From a virus (taxonomy: Duplodnaviria; Caudoviricetes): 64,000 bases of DNA. Location: IMG/VR virus record IMGVR_UViG_2974630879_000001, positions 12,336-76,335 of that record. The stretch is one strand, 5' to 3'. Under the pieces are notes generated by a model, which was not told the origin of the DNA, made no database searches, and was given only the letters and a program-made list of their open reading frames with translations. How positions within the stretch are numbered: the first letter of the stretch is position 1; every line of letters begins with the position of its first letter. The position numbers and the translations under genes are program-made. Below are positions 32,701-42,749 of this stretch, piece by piece.

Positions 32701-35700
32701 AACTACGACCCTTAACATCAGTCGTGGTCAAGTAGTTGCCCATGATTACATTGTACTGCTCTTGCGCATAGTAACGAGCAGCCTGTGGATCGACAGGATT
32801 CTCAGGCATCAAATCATCGACCGTCATGTTCTTGGTGACGTGAGTAAATAGTTCTTGAGCCTTAGCCAAAGCATTGGCATCAAGATCGATACTCATCGTC
32901 ATAGCCGTCGTCAGATGACGGAACAATGCAGCTTCCTGCATGGTCATGGGGAAGCCATGAGCATTGACCATTGCAGTTAGAGCACTGGAATTACGCAGTG
33001 CATCTTGCAATTCCTTACGACGACTCTGGCCACTATGCGGATCAACACGAACACGCACATAGTCAGCAACCTTACGCATGAAGGTCTGTTGCAAAGCAAT
33101 CAACCGATCATTGTTACCAAACAGTGGATTCTGGAACAGAGCCGTATCACGGACACCATCAGCAATAGTCGGTGACGAACGAATGATCACTCCAGTGTTG
33201 AACTGAAGAGTGCTCAACGCATCGTCAGCAATTGCTGGTGCTTTCTTCTTGCCCCAGAACAATTGCTTCAGGAATTTCACAACATCCTTAGCCATTTGAA
33301 CCAAGGAGGGTGATTGCTTCGTCTTGAGGTTTTCAGTCAACTGCTCATTGGTCAATGCCCAAGCCATGAATTCATTGAGTGCCTTGGCCTTAGCCACAGC
33401 ATCAGTGACATCAAGATCAGATTGAGCTTCAGTGATGACAGCCTGTGCAGTAGTCACAGCAACTTCGTTGCTCGTGTCCTGCATGAACTGATCCATCAAA
33501 CCTTCAATACGAACAATGGCATCAGCCACTTCAGGAGAAGAGTTACCCTCGTAGTGAGCAAGTACCTTTTCGAAAGTAGTGGCATGCACCTGCTCATGGA
33601 TCAATGTTTCAACTGAAGCGTTGTAGAGGTAGATGGTCTTATCAGCAACGACAGTTGCACCCAGCTTGTCTCGCGGAGTGATGATCTTGCCAGTTGCATT
33701 CTGGTAAGCAGCAATCTGCTCAGCATTACCAAACACAACTTGCCAATCCTTCATAGACTGAGAACGCTGGATCTCTCCGAAGATGACCTTCTGAGCATCC
33801 GTCATCTCAACCATACGGCCAAGATTCTGTAGAGCCGTGTACGACAGCACACGTGCACCAGACTTGTGAGCACGACCCACTTGATCCAAGGGGGCTGATA
33901 CAGCAGCCACAGGTTTTGGGGTGACAGTAACGACACCACGCTTATCTCGTGCAGCCTTATACGCTGCCTGCAATGCAGCCAGTGGATCATCAACCGGAGC
34001 AACACCATTGCTATAGGGGGCACCCGCAGCAGCCATCTGGTCAACTGAGTTGGCTACAGCTTGTCGTGCAGTGATTCGATCAGCAGCAGATTCGGCAGAC
34101 CATTTGAGATTCAGGCCCAGCTCTTCCATTGCAGCTTGGACGGCAGAGACGGTGTGTACTTCGTTCCTTTCCAGACGAATGCCCAGAGCGCGGTATAGCT
34201 CAACCAGCATCTCCTGTGAAACATCATCGAACGAAACATTCTTGCTGAACTTGACCCAAGAGTCATTGACAGCAGCCAAAGGATTACCCTGCCAGCTCTG
34301 GTAAACAGCCTCATTGGCTCGACGGCTATAGTCCATCAGACGATTGTCCAATGCGATGTTCATACCATCGAACACTTTCAGAGTGCCCTTGAGCTTTGCA
34401 TTCGCAAGGTACTGCATCATCCGACCATCGCCAGAACCAATGGTCATGAAGGCAGCACCAGCAACACCAGCATTCGCTGGGCCATAGATGTAGGCATCAG
34501 TGCTCATGCGGCTGGCCTTAATCAGACCACGACCAAACTCTGACGCACCAACGTCAGTCTTTGTAGAACCAGCAATGTAGAAACGCTGTGCACCGGTATC
34601 AATCAGAGGAGCCAGAGTCTCCAACTTCTTGTAGATACCACGCAGCTCAGCCTGACTGAGGAACTCAGTCTTCTTCCAGTTCGGATCAGCAGCAGCCTTG
34701 GTTTCCAGAGCAGCAGCAACTTCACGCTTAAATGCATCTTCCAGGAAAATCGATTGGACTTGCGTTGCACGACGAAGGACTTCAACAGCCTTCATCATCG
34801 GCGCACCGACACTTGCAGTAATACCTTCCCGCATAGGTGCAACGAACAGATGCAGCATGTTCTGCTGAATGTTCTTGATCTGATCCGAGTTGAATTGGAA
34901 CTCGACAGGATCAGCCATGTCCACACGCTTGGTCGGAGCATCATCCCACTTGATTCCGTTCTTGGTTCGAACAGGAACCACAGAAGTCAGCTCATCCATA
35001 GCAGCATAGAAAGTATCGAGCTTCTGCTGTGCATTGACATCGTTCACACCGAACATGGCCTGAGCCATGGAGATGGAACTATCAGCCTTCTGCATCGTGG
35101 CGACAGTAGACAGTCGCTCGTAGATCTTCTTGATCAGTGACTGAGTGACATTGCCTGCAATACCATTCGCACCAGAACCATAGATGGTAATGGTGAGCGG
35201 ATTCTTCAGTGCACCACGACCAAGAGTCAGTACACCAGTCTCATTGTCGAAAGTGATGTCGTTACCAAAGAACGCATCCAGCACAGTAAACAGTCGGTTG
35301 ATCTGATCAGTACCGTACTGATCATCAGCCAGTTCCTTACGCAGTGAGTCCACAGCCTTGGCTGTCTCATCCGTAGACGCTTGATAGAGATCCTTCGAAT
35401 CAATGCTAGAACGGATCTCGTTAGCAGTCGTTGGTGCACCAAAGGTGACACCACCCTTACGCATGTTGTTGACCCACTGCTCACTGAAGTCACCAATCGT
35501 CATCAAGCCCATGGCATTGATTGGACCATTGGTCATACCGTCTGCTTCGAGATACAGGGAAGTGGTGAACTCACCACGATTACTGTCATCGAGACGAGCG
35601 TACTCACTCAGCGAATGCAGAGCAGCCGGAGTCATATCTGCACCAACAGCCTTGAAGGTGTTGAGCAAAGTATCGACATCGGTCTCATTGAGAATGTGGC

Positions 35701-38700
35701 TACCAGAGTTCAACGACTGAAGCAGACTGATTGCATCACCCATCGAAGCAAGCATGCCCTCGATCTTTGCAATAGCAGCAGGCCGCTCCATGTTGTGGAC
35801 CTTGACACCAAAGTGCTGACCAACAGCAATGATGAAATTACCGTACTGATCAGGATCAGTCAGGTTCAATGTTGCACGAGTAGGCAGGATCGCCTCACGA
35901 ACAACCTTGCTCGACTGAGGGCTGTACTTACCCAGCATCTGCATACGACCAACACGGGACATGTTGTAGCGGTAACGCACAGGCATGTCAGTGACATCTC
36001 GCCCAGCAGCCTGAGCAAGGTTGTTCACTTCGCCATACACACGAGCCAGTGAGTTCATGGCCGCAGTGATCGTACGGTTCTTACCTTCAAGGCTAGCTTC
36101 GTGTGCCTTGTTGAGTACTTGACCGCCCACATTACCTGCACCGAACAAACGTTGCAGAGCACCCATACCCAGACCGGTATAGACATTGATCATCGTCTGG
36201 TTGACGTAGAACGGAGTCTTTTGTTCCTCACGCAAAGCTGACTGCTGATCCTCTGTGTTCTCAACCAAAGGATTGTTCATCTGACGCTTGGCGACTTCCA
36301 TCTTTACATCGTCGCCAATGAAGTTGACTTCCTCAGGCTCAAGCATAACCGCATGCTCAATTGCATTCGGGTAATCATTGATGCCAGCAGGAATAGCGTC
36401 TTCAGCCACAACATAACGATTGAAGGTCTGACGATGATCCAAGCCGTGACGCTCATCCAAAGTCACGTTGACAACATTCAACAGCTTGTTGTCCACCATG
36501 GCTTGAATGATCTCAGCAGCCATGGACTCAGGAATGCCCTCCACATAACCAAGTGGTGCATTGCTGTTAGCAGTCAGTCCCCAATAGGACTTGATCTTCT
36601 GAGCAAGCGTACGCTTAGCCTCAGCAGTACTCATGCCCTGGTTCAATTCTTCAATCAGATCACTATCACCAATAGTGTCCATATTGAGACCGGTGTAAGC
36701 CTGAAAGTCTTCAGCCGTCATGTCTTGCGTATAGACATCACCATTGATCAGCCAATGCAGACCAGCAAGCACTGCGTTCTCAACCAGGTTCTGGTTGTAC
36801 GTCAGCTTGCCATCTACGTTGTCAGTTATGTTGATCAGCTTACCGTCCAGCCAAGTGTTGACATCAGCCTGTCCACTCAGGAAACGACCACCAACATTCT
36901 TCTCAGACAGGAATGTTTGCAGCTGCTTGTCCAGACTTTTCTTGATCCACTTGGCTTCTGAAAACAGTGAACTGTATCCACTAATGACATCTACAGTCAC
37001 ATCGTGACGCACAGCGTCACCCACATGACGAATGAAGTTCTGCCCAGAGGACAGTGCTTCTTGAACCATGGCAAGAGGAGACTCACTACCTAGGGTGTGA
37101 GTGCGAGCCTCATCAGGCAGCGAGTAGGCTTCCTTGAACCGATTCGGATACTTGTCGGTTTGCACCAAGCTGGGGAAGACAGCTTCCATACCTTGCGGCA
37201 AAGGCTCATCTTCAACAGTGCTCTGAGCTGGCTCGACAGTATCAACAACAGCATCTTCAGCTACGGTTTCGTTAGCTGGCTGGGGAGCAGAAGTAGGCTC
37301 CTCAATGACTTCCGGTTGGTTGCTAACGACCTCTTCACCGGACCTTGATTCTTCTATGACAGGTTCAGTTTCAGCTGAGGTATTATCCTCACGAGCCTGC
37401 ACAGTAGGTTCCTCGGTAGGGGCCGAGTCCACAACGCGAGAGTTACGTCGGAACGAGTCCGCTACTTCTTGGATCGGACCATCCAGACGCGAATCCAAGG
37501 AGACCGCACCGATATGTCCACCATTCAAGTCCGGGAACGAGTCGCTCAGGCCGTTGTAAACATTGGCCAATACTTGGGCTTCAAGCGCAATCTGGTGCGC
37601 TTGCTCAAGGGATTTCGTGGAGCGAGTGTTAACGTACAGCCCTTTTGCGGACTGCTTCCACGTCCGGTCAGGTTGAAGTGCCATGTAGGTGACACCATCA
37701 GCGTTCGGATTCCCCGCAGCAAAGTGAGCGTTGAGCGCCCCGACCTTGTTCTGCATATGTTGCACGAACTCGCTAAAGTCGGTCAGAAGGGCACCAGCGA
37801 GGTTGAGGTTACCCGCAGCCACGGCCGAACGGATGCCCTTGTAGTGCACCAAGGCTGACTTCTCACCATCACCCGTACGCATCGTATCGGTAGTGATCTG
37901 CTTCGCAACAAGATCCTGACGACGCTTCAGACCCAGACGATCTACAGCTTCATTGTATGCACGCTGTTCTTGCAGAATCGTCTTACTGAAAGTCAACGCA
38001 GCACGCTGATCAGGAGTCAAAACCAAACGTCCTTGGGACTCTTGGTAAAGAATCTGATCAGCAGTTGTTGGATCAAGCTTCTGGGGTGCAGTCTCTGCAA
38101 CTACCAGGGCTTCATTGACCGCCTGCTTGCCAGCAGGAGTTTCCACATTCTCATCGGTCACTTGTGGAGCAATAGAGCCATCTTCAGCTGCCTGCATCTT
38201 CTGCATGACAGTCGTCAAGGCACGATTGATCTTCGGCGTATCCAGATTAGCCAACAGTCCTGCGTACTGATTCAACAGTTGAGCTGGACGACTTTCCGGA
38301 TCAAGACCATCCAAGCCAGCAGACTCACGCATCTTGAAGTCCTGTACGGACTGAGCCATGCGCAGTAGTGCGTAACCAGCTTCGATAGAATCCGGCGTAT
38401 CTTCCTTCACTCGGTTGACAAACTCAGCCAAGTTCTGCATTGCCTCAACACGATTCCCAGCATTGAGAATCAGTGGGCGAATGTTCTCACCATAGCCAAC
38501 TTCTTCGACTTCAGCCGGGTTAACCGTCAGCTGATTCATCAGAGTGTCTACGTAAGAGACAGCATTAGCTTTCTCTTCTGGTGCAATGTCCTGTGCATCG
38601 ATAGCTGCACGGATCTCTTCAGCAGCCATAGGCGCTTGAGCCACAGCTTCAGCAGCAGCATTGCCAACAACGGAGTCAGCCAATGGGCTACTCTTTTCAT

Positions 38701-40099
38701 TTTCAGCAATGATGCGATTGCCACGCTCAACAAGACCATTGAAGACTGGAGACACAACAGACTTCAGACCTTGCATCGTGCCATTTGCTGCCTTTAGTGC
38801 AACACGACCACTTGCACCTGGAAGCTGGACAGTACCAGCAGCACTGAAGCCATACAGTGCACCTTGGCCCACTTGCTCACCAACACCTTCAGAGAGTTGT
38901 TGAGTTGGGTTGACGTTCTGTTGAATGGCATAGTTCTGGGCCAGACCACCAGTACCAGACTGGATACCTTCTTCCAGTGGTTCACGTACCAAAGCGTTAG
39001 CCAAGGCAGTACGCAGATTCGGCACATGGAATGGGCTTGCTTCAAAGCGAGCAACCAGGGCACCGGTAGCAGCAGCGATAGGAGCCTGGATGAGAGCAGC
39101 CTGACGACCAGCACTACTTGCCAGCTGTGTACGTGCATCCTCTTGGCTCACGCCAGAGGCGACCAGCTCACGGAACTGAGGACTCGTGCGGTTGAGTTCG
39201 TCAAACGACTGTTCCATGACGGCATTCGTCGTCTGCTGGTAAGCACCGCCAGCTTCCATAGCTGCAATGGCCGCAGGCGTCGATACAGCAGCACCCACAC
39301 GCTCAGCAGCGATAGCAGCTGCCAGTGGAGCACCAGAGGCTCGACCAATCGCCTGGGCGATGGGAGCGCCGATAGCCCTCAAACCCTTGGTGATCGGACC
39401 AGCACCCAGCAGGGAACCGACAGCATCCGAGGTGCCCTGGATGAAAGTGGTTTCATCAGACACACTATTGACGACCGTGTTGACCGTATCCCGACCAATC
39501 TGTCGGAGTGCCGCTGGGAACTCCCCCATGGACTCACGTTCGCTTTCGAACTGTGCCTGGGAGTCTCGGTTGTCCAGAGCCGTGACGGCCTGTGTGGAAC
39601 GCCTACGAGCGTTCAGGACATCGGTTTGAGTACCTTGGACGAATTCGTTCGCATCTTGAATTTTTTCAGATGCCCAGGAACCGGCCTCATCACTGACAGC
39701 ACCCAGAGCCAGGGCACCAATACCAGCGAATGCATTGCCCAAGCCGGAACCAACACCAGAGATGATGTCAGCCGAAGCCTGTGACAGATTCCGGTTGTTC
39801 AGTGATTGGTCTCGTTGGAAGGCAGCATTGCCTGCCCCCTGAGCCAAGATGAGATTGGTAGCGTTGCTGCCGTACTTCGCATAGATATCCGAAGGCAGCA
39901 TGGTGCGAAGATCTGCTTCCAGTTCACTCATCGTAGCTGCACCAGACTGGTTGCCCTGTCCAGCAGCTACTTGGTAGAAATCGACGCTGTTCATATCAGG
40001 CGTCGCAGGAGCAGCGACTTGCGCCGGGGCTGGCAGCACAGGGTCAGGAGTAACGACCGGGGTGCTCAGAGCCGAACGCAGAATGTCGGTGATCGCCAT
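29771..40099 (-). CDS. virion-encapsidated RNA polymerase (vRNAP, N4 gp50 type), 3442 aa
   Basis: Size; motif A EADGMTNGP, motif B KNPLTITIYGSG, motif C KVFDG; no Cys seen on reading the translation. Confidence 0.96.
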   Translation of the reverse strand: MAITDILRSALSTPVVTPDPVLPAPAQVAAPATPDMNSVDFYQVAAGQGNQSGAATMSELEADLRTMLPSDIYAKYGSNATNLILAQGAGNAAFQRDQSLNNRNLSQASADIISGVGSGLGNAFAGIGALALGAVSDEAGSWASEKIQDANEFVQGTQTDVLNARRRSTQAVTALDNRDSQAQFESERESMGEFPAALRQIGRDTVNTVVNSVSDETTFIQGTSDAVGSLLGAGPITKGLRAIGAPIAQAIGRASGAPLAAAIAAERVGAAVSTPAAIAAMEAGGAYQQTTNAVMEQSFDELNRTSPQFRELVASGVSQEDARTQLASSAGRQAALIQAPIAAATGALVARFEASPFHVPNLRTALANALVREPLEEGIQSGTGGLAQNYAIQQNVNPTQQLSEGVGEQVGQGALYGFSAAGTVQLPGASGRVALKAANGTMQGLKSVVSPVFNGLVERGNRIIAENEKSSPLADSVVGNAAAEAVAQAPMAAEEIRAAIDAQDIAPEEKANAVSYVDTLMNQLTVNPAEVEEVGYGENIRPLILNAGNRVEAMQNLAEFVNRVKEDTPDSIEAGYALLRMAQSVQDFKMRESAGLDGLDPESRPAQLLNQYAGLLANLDTPKINRALTTVMQKMQAAEDGSIAPQVTDENVETPAGKQAVNEALVVAETAPQKLDPTTADQILYQESQGRLVLTPDQRAALTFSKTILQEQRAYNEAVDRLGLKRRQDLVAKQITTDTMRTGDGEKSALVHYKGIRSAVAAGNLNLAGALLTDFSEFVQHMQNKVGALNAHFAAGNPNADGVTYMALQPDRTWKQSAKGLYVNTRSTKSLEQAHQIALEAQVLANVYNGLSDSFPDLNGGHIGAVSLDSRLDGPIQEVADSFRRNSRVVDSAPTEEPTVQAREDNTSAETEPVIEESRSGEEVVSNQPEVIEEPTSAPQPANETVAEDAVVDTVEPAQSTVEDEPLPQGMEAVFPSLVQTDKYPNRFKEAYSLPDEARTHTLGSESPLAMVQEALSSGQNFIRHVGDAVRHDVTVDVISGYSSLFSEAKWIKKSLDKQLQTFLSEKNVGGRFLSGQADVNTWLDGKLINITDNVDGKLTYNQNLVENAVLAGLHWLINGDVYTQDMTAEDFQAYTGLNMDTIGDSDLIEELNQGMSTAEAKRTLAQKIKSYWGLTANSNAPLGYVEGIPESMAAEIIQAMVDNKLLNVVNVTLDERHGLDHRQTFNRYVVAEDAIPAGINDYPNAIEHAVMLEPEEVNFIGDDVKMEVAKRQMNNPLVENTEDQQSALREEQKTPFYVNQTMINVYTGLGMGALQRLFGAGNVGGQVLNKAHEASLEGKNRTITAAMNSLARVYGEVNNLAQAAGRDVTDMPVRYRYNMSRVGRMQMLGKYSPQSSKVVREAILPTRATLNLTDPDQYGNFIIAVGQHFGVKVHNMERPAAIAKIEGMLASMGDAISLLQSLNSGSHILNETDVDTLLNTFKAVGADMTPAALHSLSEYARLDDSNRGEFTTSLYLEADGMTNGPINAMGLMTIGDFSEQWVNNMRKGGVTFGAPTTANEIRSSIDSKDLYQASTDETAKAVDSLRKELADDQYGTDQINRLFTVLDAFFGNDITFDNETGVLTLGRGALKNPLTITIYGSGANGIAGNVTQSLIKKIYERLSTVATMQKADSSISMAQAMFGVNDVNAQQKLDTFYAAMDELTSVVPVRTKNGIKWDDAPTKRVDMADPVEFQFNSDQIKNIQQNMLHLFVAPMREGITASVGAPMMKAVEVLRRATQVQSIFLEDAFKREVAAALETKAAADPNWKKTEFLSQAELRGIYKKLETLAPLIDTGAQRFYIAGSTKTDVGASEFGRGLIKASRMSTDAYIYGPANAGVAGAAFMTIGSGDGRMMQYLANAKLKGTLKVFDGMNIALDNRLMDYSRRANEAVYQSWQGNPLAAVNDSWVKFSKNVSFDDVSQEMLVELYRALGIRLERNEVHTVSAVQAAMEELGLNLKWSAESAADRITARQAVANSVDQMAAAGAPYSNGVAPVDDPLAALQAAYKAARDKRGVVTVTPKPVAAVSAPLDQVGRAHKSGARVLSYTALQNLGRMVEMTDAQKVIFGEIQRSQSMKDWQVVFGNAEQIAAYQNATGKIITPRDKLGATVVADKTIYLYNASVETLIHEQVHATTFEKVLAHYEGNSSPEVADAIVRIEGLMDQFMQDTSNEVAVTTAQAVITEAQSDLDVTDAVAKAKALNEFMAWALTNEQLTENLKTKQSPSLVQMAKDVVKFLKQLFWGKKKAPAIADDALSTLQFNTGVIIRSSPTIADGVRDTALFQNPLFGNNDRLIALQQTFMRKVADYVRVRVDPHSGQSRRKELQDALRNSSALTAMVNAHGFPMTMQEAALFRHLTTAMTMSIDLDANALAKAQELFTHVTKNMTVDDLMPENPVDPQAARYYAQEQYNVIMGNYLTTTDVKGRSSLLPVFVALSMTNDTLRRALSRMALPKADRADGRTLDGMLENAGQTAMDKLSGYLSGTSKSRDIGSAMDALMSHMYDTMQDTQSAMDQYASKTGGVFDRANQYIVDGVEKLSEAAIVKATEAEQRATTKAGRMLANAAQIMAKMATEKNGAQVAMGFMEMSNRSNLWKPLQDLFNDLVGRTDNNSTIYDMIKTVRAMVQQDRQQFREHLPGIIAGKFKRELTKDQWSMLHRGLGKTDLAALDSDALQAVADDNYRAQRITALEDTVRNHSPINFDTYQKKMQQLANYMMTGEAGNNLLRNALAISRLFNESRRGSWKAPGQDVIDAIDQLTSLYAVESLTPMVRSDLANLITNEAEGMEFAVSYLRGQRKDEYTKAQTNRAQYNQFKGYIPTLDQPGVSLLVAEDKEFSKLAERSYVRVADYKGDYLERSRTKKGYYYAPVSGRAAYNQGIFQNVRHTSNGVDAVTGFTHDTMVAGRITERAEVALISRAAAAYSRTNTANQAEPLMPIWDEKGNAVAYERAVDPQQMQRLNKDDHFAKMIGVWRGRQVEEAKAQFFNERLVDALHDMYESDTKASSTAQEMYVDLFDKKTDKVIADAASLFSAETRKYIKSKFGEEFYVRKDMLNDAIGYRSASTGDVFTGNTRWSREATETAKKVALGLFGNKAYSYVTNAERVLQNFVQDARTIIVVKSVVVPISNSIANVYQLVGRGVPLLSVARGYPQKAAEIDSYVKSRVRMDEAEGELRVAEANNDIVGTRKLNAELRSIRDAHRRLSIWPLIEAGEFTAISDVGMTTDDIELTSGKLNAYIEKMVDRLPESVRTAGRYALITKDTALYQGLQKAIQYGDFVAKAILYDDITRRQKKSPEYALSRITEEFVNYDRLPGRFRGYLESIGLLWFWNFKIRSAKVGLSMIRNNPLHSLLAVAAPAPTMFGSVGLPIEDNLFAKLADGSLDYSVGVGQAFRAPLLNPWINLVN

Positions 40100-40144
40100 C
40101 TTGGTTGGAGTCCTTGTTAGAGGTAAGTTGGTAGAGACTACAAT

Positions 40145-40170
40145 AACAGAAAACCCCGCCGGAGCGGGGT
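40145..40170 (-). terminator. intrinsic terminator upstream of vRNAP
   Basis: ACCCCGC-CGGA-GCGGGGT with TTTCTGTT on the minus strand. Confidence 0.7.
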
Positions 40171-40185
40171 CTTCCTTGTTGCAGT

Positions 40186-42225
40186 TTACGGTGCACCGAC
40201 CGGAATGAACATGTCTTGATTCGCCTGGGCTTGTCGGAGAATCTCCGTTGCCCGGTTGAATGAACCACCTCGACTCTCAGCCACCGGTTCCGGCGTTGTA
40301 CGCTGGAAGTCAGGACGCAACTGTGGCAGTGCCCGCTGCGCTTCCTGGATGGAGTCAAGTTGCTGACGTGCAGCTTGAACCCTGGCTTGGTAGCGAGGCA
40401 ACTGAGCACGCAAGCCCGGTTGAGTTGCAGCACGTTGAGTCATTGCAGCCAACTGGGACACAGCATCGTTGTATGCAACTTGAGCAGTCTGCAAGCGAGC
40501 AGCCACCGCTCCCGTTTCCTGATTAGAAACAAAGTTGGTGAACTGACTGCCATTACGCAGACTTTCAATAGCAGCATCGATCCCATCATCGTTCAGGCGT
40601 ACACCGTTACCGAGATTTGGGCTGGACCGAATTGGTGATAGCAAACGGTTAATTCCGTATTGCAAGTACTCTGATGCAGACCCAGGAGCGTTGGTAATGT
40701 TTCGACGAAGTACAGCAGCAGCAGTTGCAGCATTGACGTTACCTTGAGACATCACACGCTGAATTTCTCGCATGATGTCACCACGGTTCGACCCAGAGAA
40801 CGAACCATTCTCACCCGTCAATTCATCAACCACCTGACCGGCATCGCGGTTATCTGCAACAGTTGTGCCAAAGTCGTTGCTGATACCAGTAGCATTGTTC
40901 TGCATTGCTCGCGTCAAAACTTCGGCAGTACCGGAATTCGTCTGCATCACTTCATTGGCAACACTGCCAACTGCTTGACCAACTTCTGCTTGTGAGATGC
41001 GTTGACGCATTTCATCCCAAGACAGATCTTTATAAGCACCCGGCTTGGAGTCAGGCAATGCAGCCCAAGTATCCTTGAGGTTGCCATTCTTACGTGCATC
41101 GAAGATTGCCTTGCCGATCTTGTCCTGATTCTCAGGCGTGAACGGTTGACTCTTCCAATCAGCACCAAGCACCTTAGGACCGAAGTCTTCAAGAGTGCCC
41201 TTGTTGATTTGAAATGCACCGAGGGGGCTGTGACCCTGACTGCTGATCATCCCAGCTTGATGATTGATGACATCACCGATCGCCATCTGCGTAATAGGAC
41301 GTGGCGTAGCCTGGAACTGGAACGTGGTGTCGTAAGGGCTACCTTGACGAGTACCAGCAGTACCCGGAGCAGAAGTAATGCCACCGGCAGAAGCGCCAGC
41401 ACTTGCACCACCTGAACCAAGGGGACCGTAAGTACCTGGGAATGCAGCCTGTACGAGACGAGTTGCTTGAGCACGAATATTCGGATCAAGGTTGGTCATG
41501 CTTTCCAAAGACGCACGAGCATCTTCTGCACCCGCAGACATTCGCAGAACATCATTAGCAATGGTCTGTGCCTTGCGTGATTCGGTATCATTACGCTGAT
41601 CAATACTGAGGTTGTACTTATCCTTAGCGAGACCAAACTCACCAGTGCGTTGACCGAGTTCACCTCGGGTAAGACCTTGCGTATTCTGCGCCAATGCCAT
41701 TGACTGATCGGCATTGAGTTGCTGAAGCACTGGAGCATACTGCTGTTGCAACTGAGCAACTTCAGCTTGATTGCCTCGACGTGCTGCATCAGTAATACGA
41801 TTCACTGCTTCACGAGCAGCATCAGTACGGGTATTCGAATCCACAGTACGGTTGAAACCATACTGGTCTTGTTCCAGATTGAATGCACCTTGTTGCAATT
41901 GCTGACGAGTACGGTCTTGGTTCAAACGAGAACCAACTTGATCTTGCAATCCAGTCAAGACACTTGCAGACAAGCGATTCGGGTTGATGCCTTGAAGCAA
42001 TGAACCATCAGCCAGTGCACCACTAAGACCAGCAGCATCTTGCTGACGCAATGCACGCATCAATACTTCTTGATCAGCAGCTTGCGTCTGTTGACCGCGC
42101 AGCATATTAATGGTGCTGTTGGCTGCGCCAAATGCGTTGTTCAACTGATCATTGAACAACTGTAGTCCACGCATGGAACTACTGAAGTCCGGTGCATCAA
42201 TAGGACGATATTGAAGAGTGGCCAT
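40186..42225 (-). CDS. virion/ejection protein with lysozyme-like domain (N4 gp51 position)
   Basis: SPLGAFQINKGTL...FTPENQDKIG lysozyme-like segment; Gln/Ala-rich helical N-terminus. Confidence 0.75.
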   Translation of the reverse strand: MATLQYRPIDAPDFSSSMRGLQLFNDQLNNAFGAANSTINMLRGQQTQAADQEVLMRALRQQDAAGLSGALADGSLLQGINPNRLSASVLTGLQDQVGSRLNQDRTRQQLQQGAFNLEQDQYGFNRTVDSNTRTDAAREAVNRITDAARRGNQAEVAQLQQQYAPVLQQLNADQSMALAQNTQGLTRGELGQRTGEFGLAKDKYNLSIDQRNDTESRKAQTIANDVLRMSAGAEDARASLESMTNLDPNIRAQATRLVQAAFPGTYGPLGSGGASAGASAGGITSAPGTAGTRQGSPYDTTFQFQATPRPITQMAIGDVINHQAGMISSQGHSPLGAFQINKGTLEDFGPKVLGADWKSQPFTPENQDKIGKAIFDARKNGNLKDTWAALPDSKPGAYKDLSWDEMRQRISQAEVGQAVGSVANEVMQTNSGTAEVLTRAMQNNATGISNDFGTTVADNRDAGQVVDELTGENGSFSGSNRGDIMREIQRVMSQGNVNAATAAAVLRRNITNAPGSASEYLQYGINRLLSPIRSSPNLGNGVRLNDDGIDAAIESLRNGSQFTNFVSNQETGAVAARLQTAQVAYNDAVSQLAAMTQRAATQPGLRAQLPRYQARVQAARQQLDSIQEAQRALPQLRPDFQRTTPEPVAESRGGSFNRATEILRQAQANQDMFIPVGAP

Positions 42226-42234
42226 CTGTATTCC

Positions 42235-42738
42235 TTACGAACGAGTCAGACGATTTTGATCAACATACTGATCACGTTCTGCATCAGACTGACCTTCAAC
42301 AACAGCACGAGAACGTGCACGATCAGCAAGTGCCGTGTTGTAGGTTTGCATTGAGTTGTTGAGATTCGTGTTAGCGAAGCTCTTGCTGAAATTGAACTGA
42401 TCACGTGCCAGCTTGTTGGCCTGGAATGCACCATACAAGCCACCCAGAGTTTGAAGACCACCCAGACCAAGCTGGAGGGTATTCATGTTCCAACCAAGAC
42501 CTGAACCGCCTGCACCCATACCACCAATGCCAGCTACCCCTGCACCACCTTGAGCAGGAACGAAGCCAGCACCGTTGGCTCCGTAGTTGGTTGCTGGCAA
42601 ATCCGCCATGCCAGTTGGACGACCCAGACCGTACGAGCCTGAGAAGATGTCCGTACCACCTGTGATGGAGTTGGTACCAAAGTTGAGATTGGCTAGTGCC
42701 GGGTAGCTGGACTGCCAATCTTGAAGAGTCGTTGCCAT
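42235..42738 (-). CDS. small virion protein (N4 gp52 position)
   Basis: Gly-rich; GGLYGAFQANKLARDQFNF...YNTALADRARSR pattern; synteny. Confidence 0.75.
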   Translation of the reverse strand: MATTLQDWQSSYPALANLNFGTNSITGGTDIFSGSYGLGRPTGMADLPATNYGANGAGFVPAQGGAGVAGIGGMGAGGSGLGWNMNTLQLGLGGLQTLGGLYGAFQANKLARDQFNFSKSFANTNLNNSMQTYNTALADRARSRAVVEGQSDAERDQYVDQNRLTRS

Positions 42739-42749
42739 TGGCGTTGCCT

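Noticed and set aside
29819-40120. Many + strand ORFs of 60-306 aa opposite the vRNAP gene (and similar antisense ORFs elsewhere)
   Set aside because: Shadow frames of long real genes: no RBS, no recognisable motifs, wrong strand for the block.
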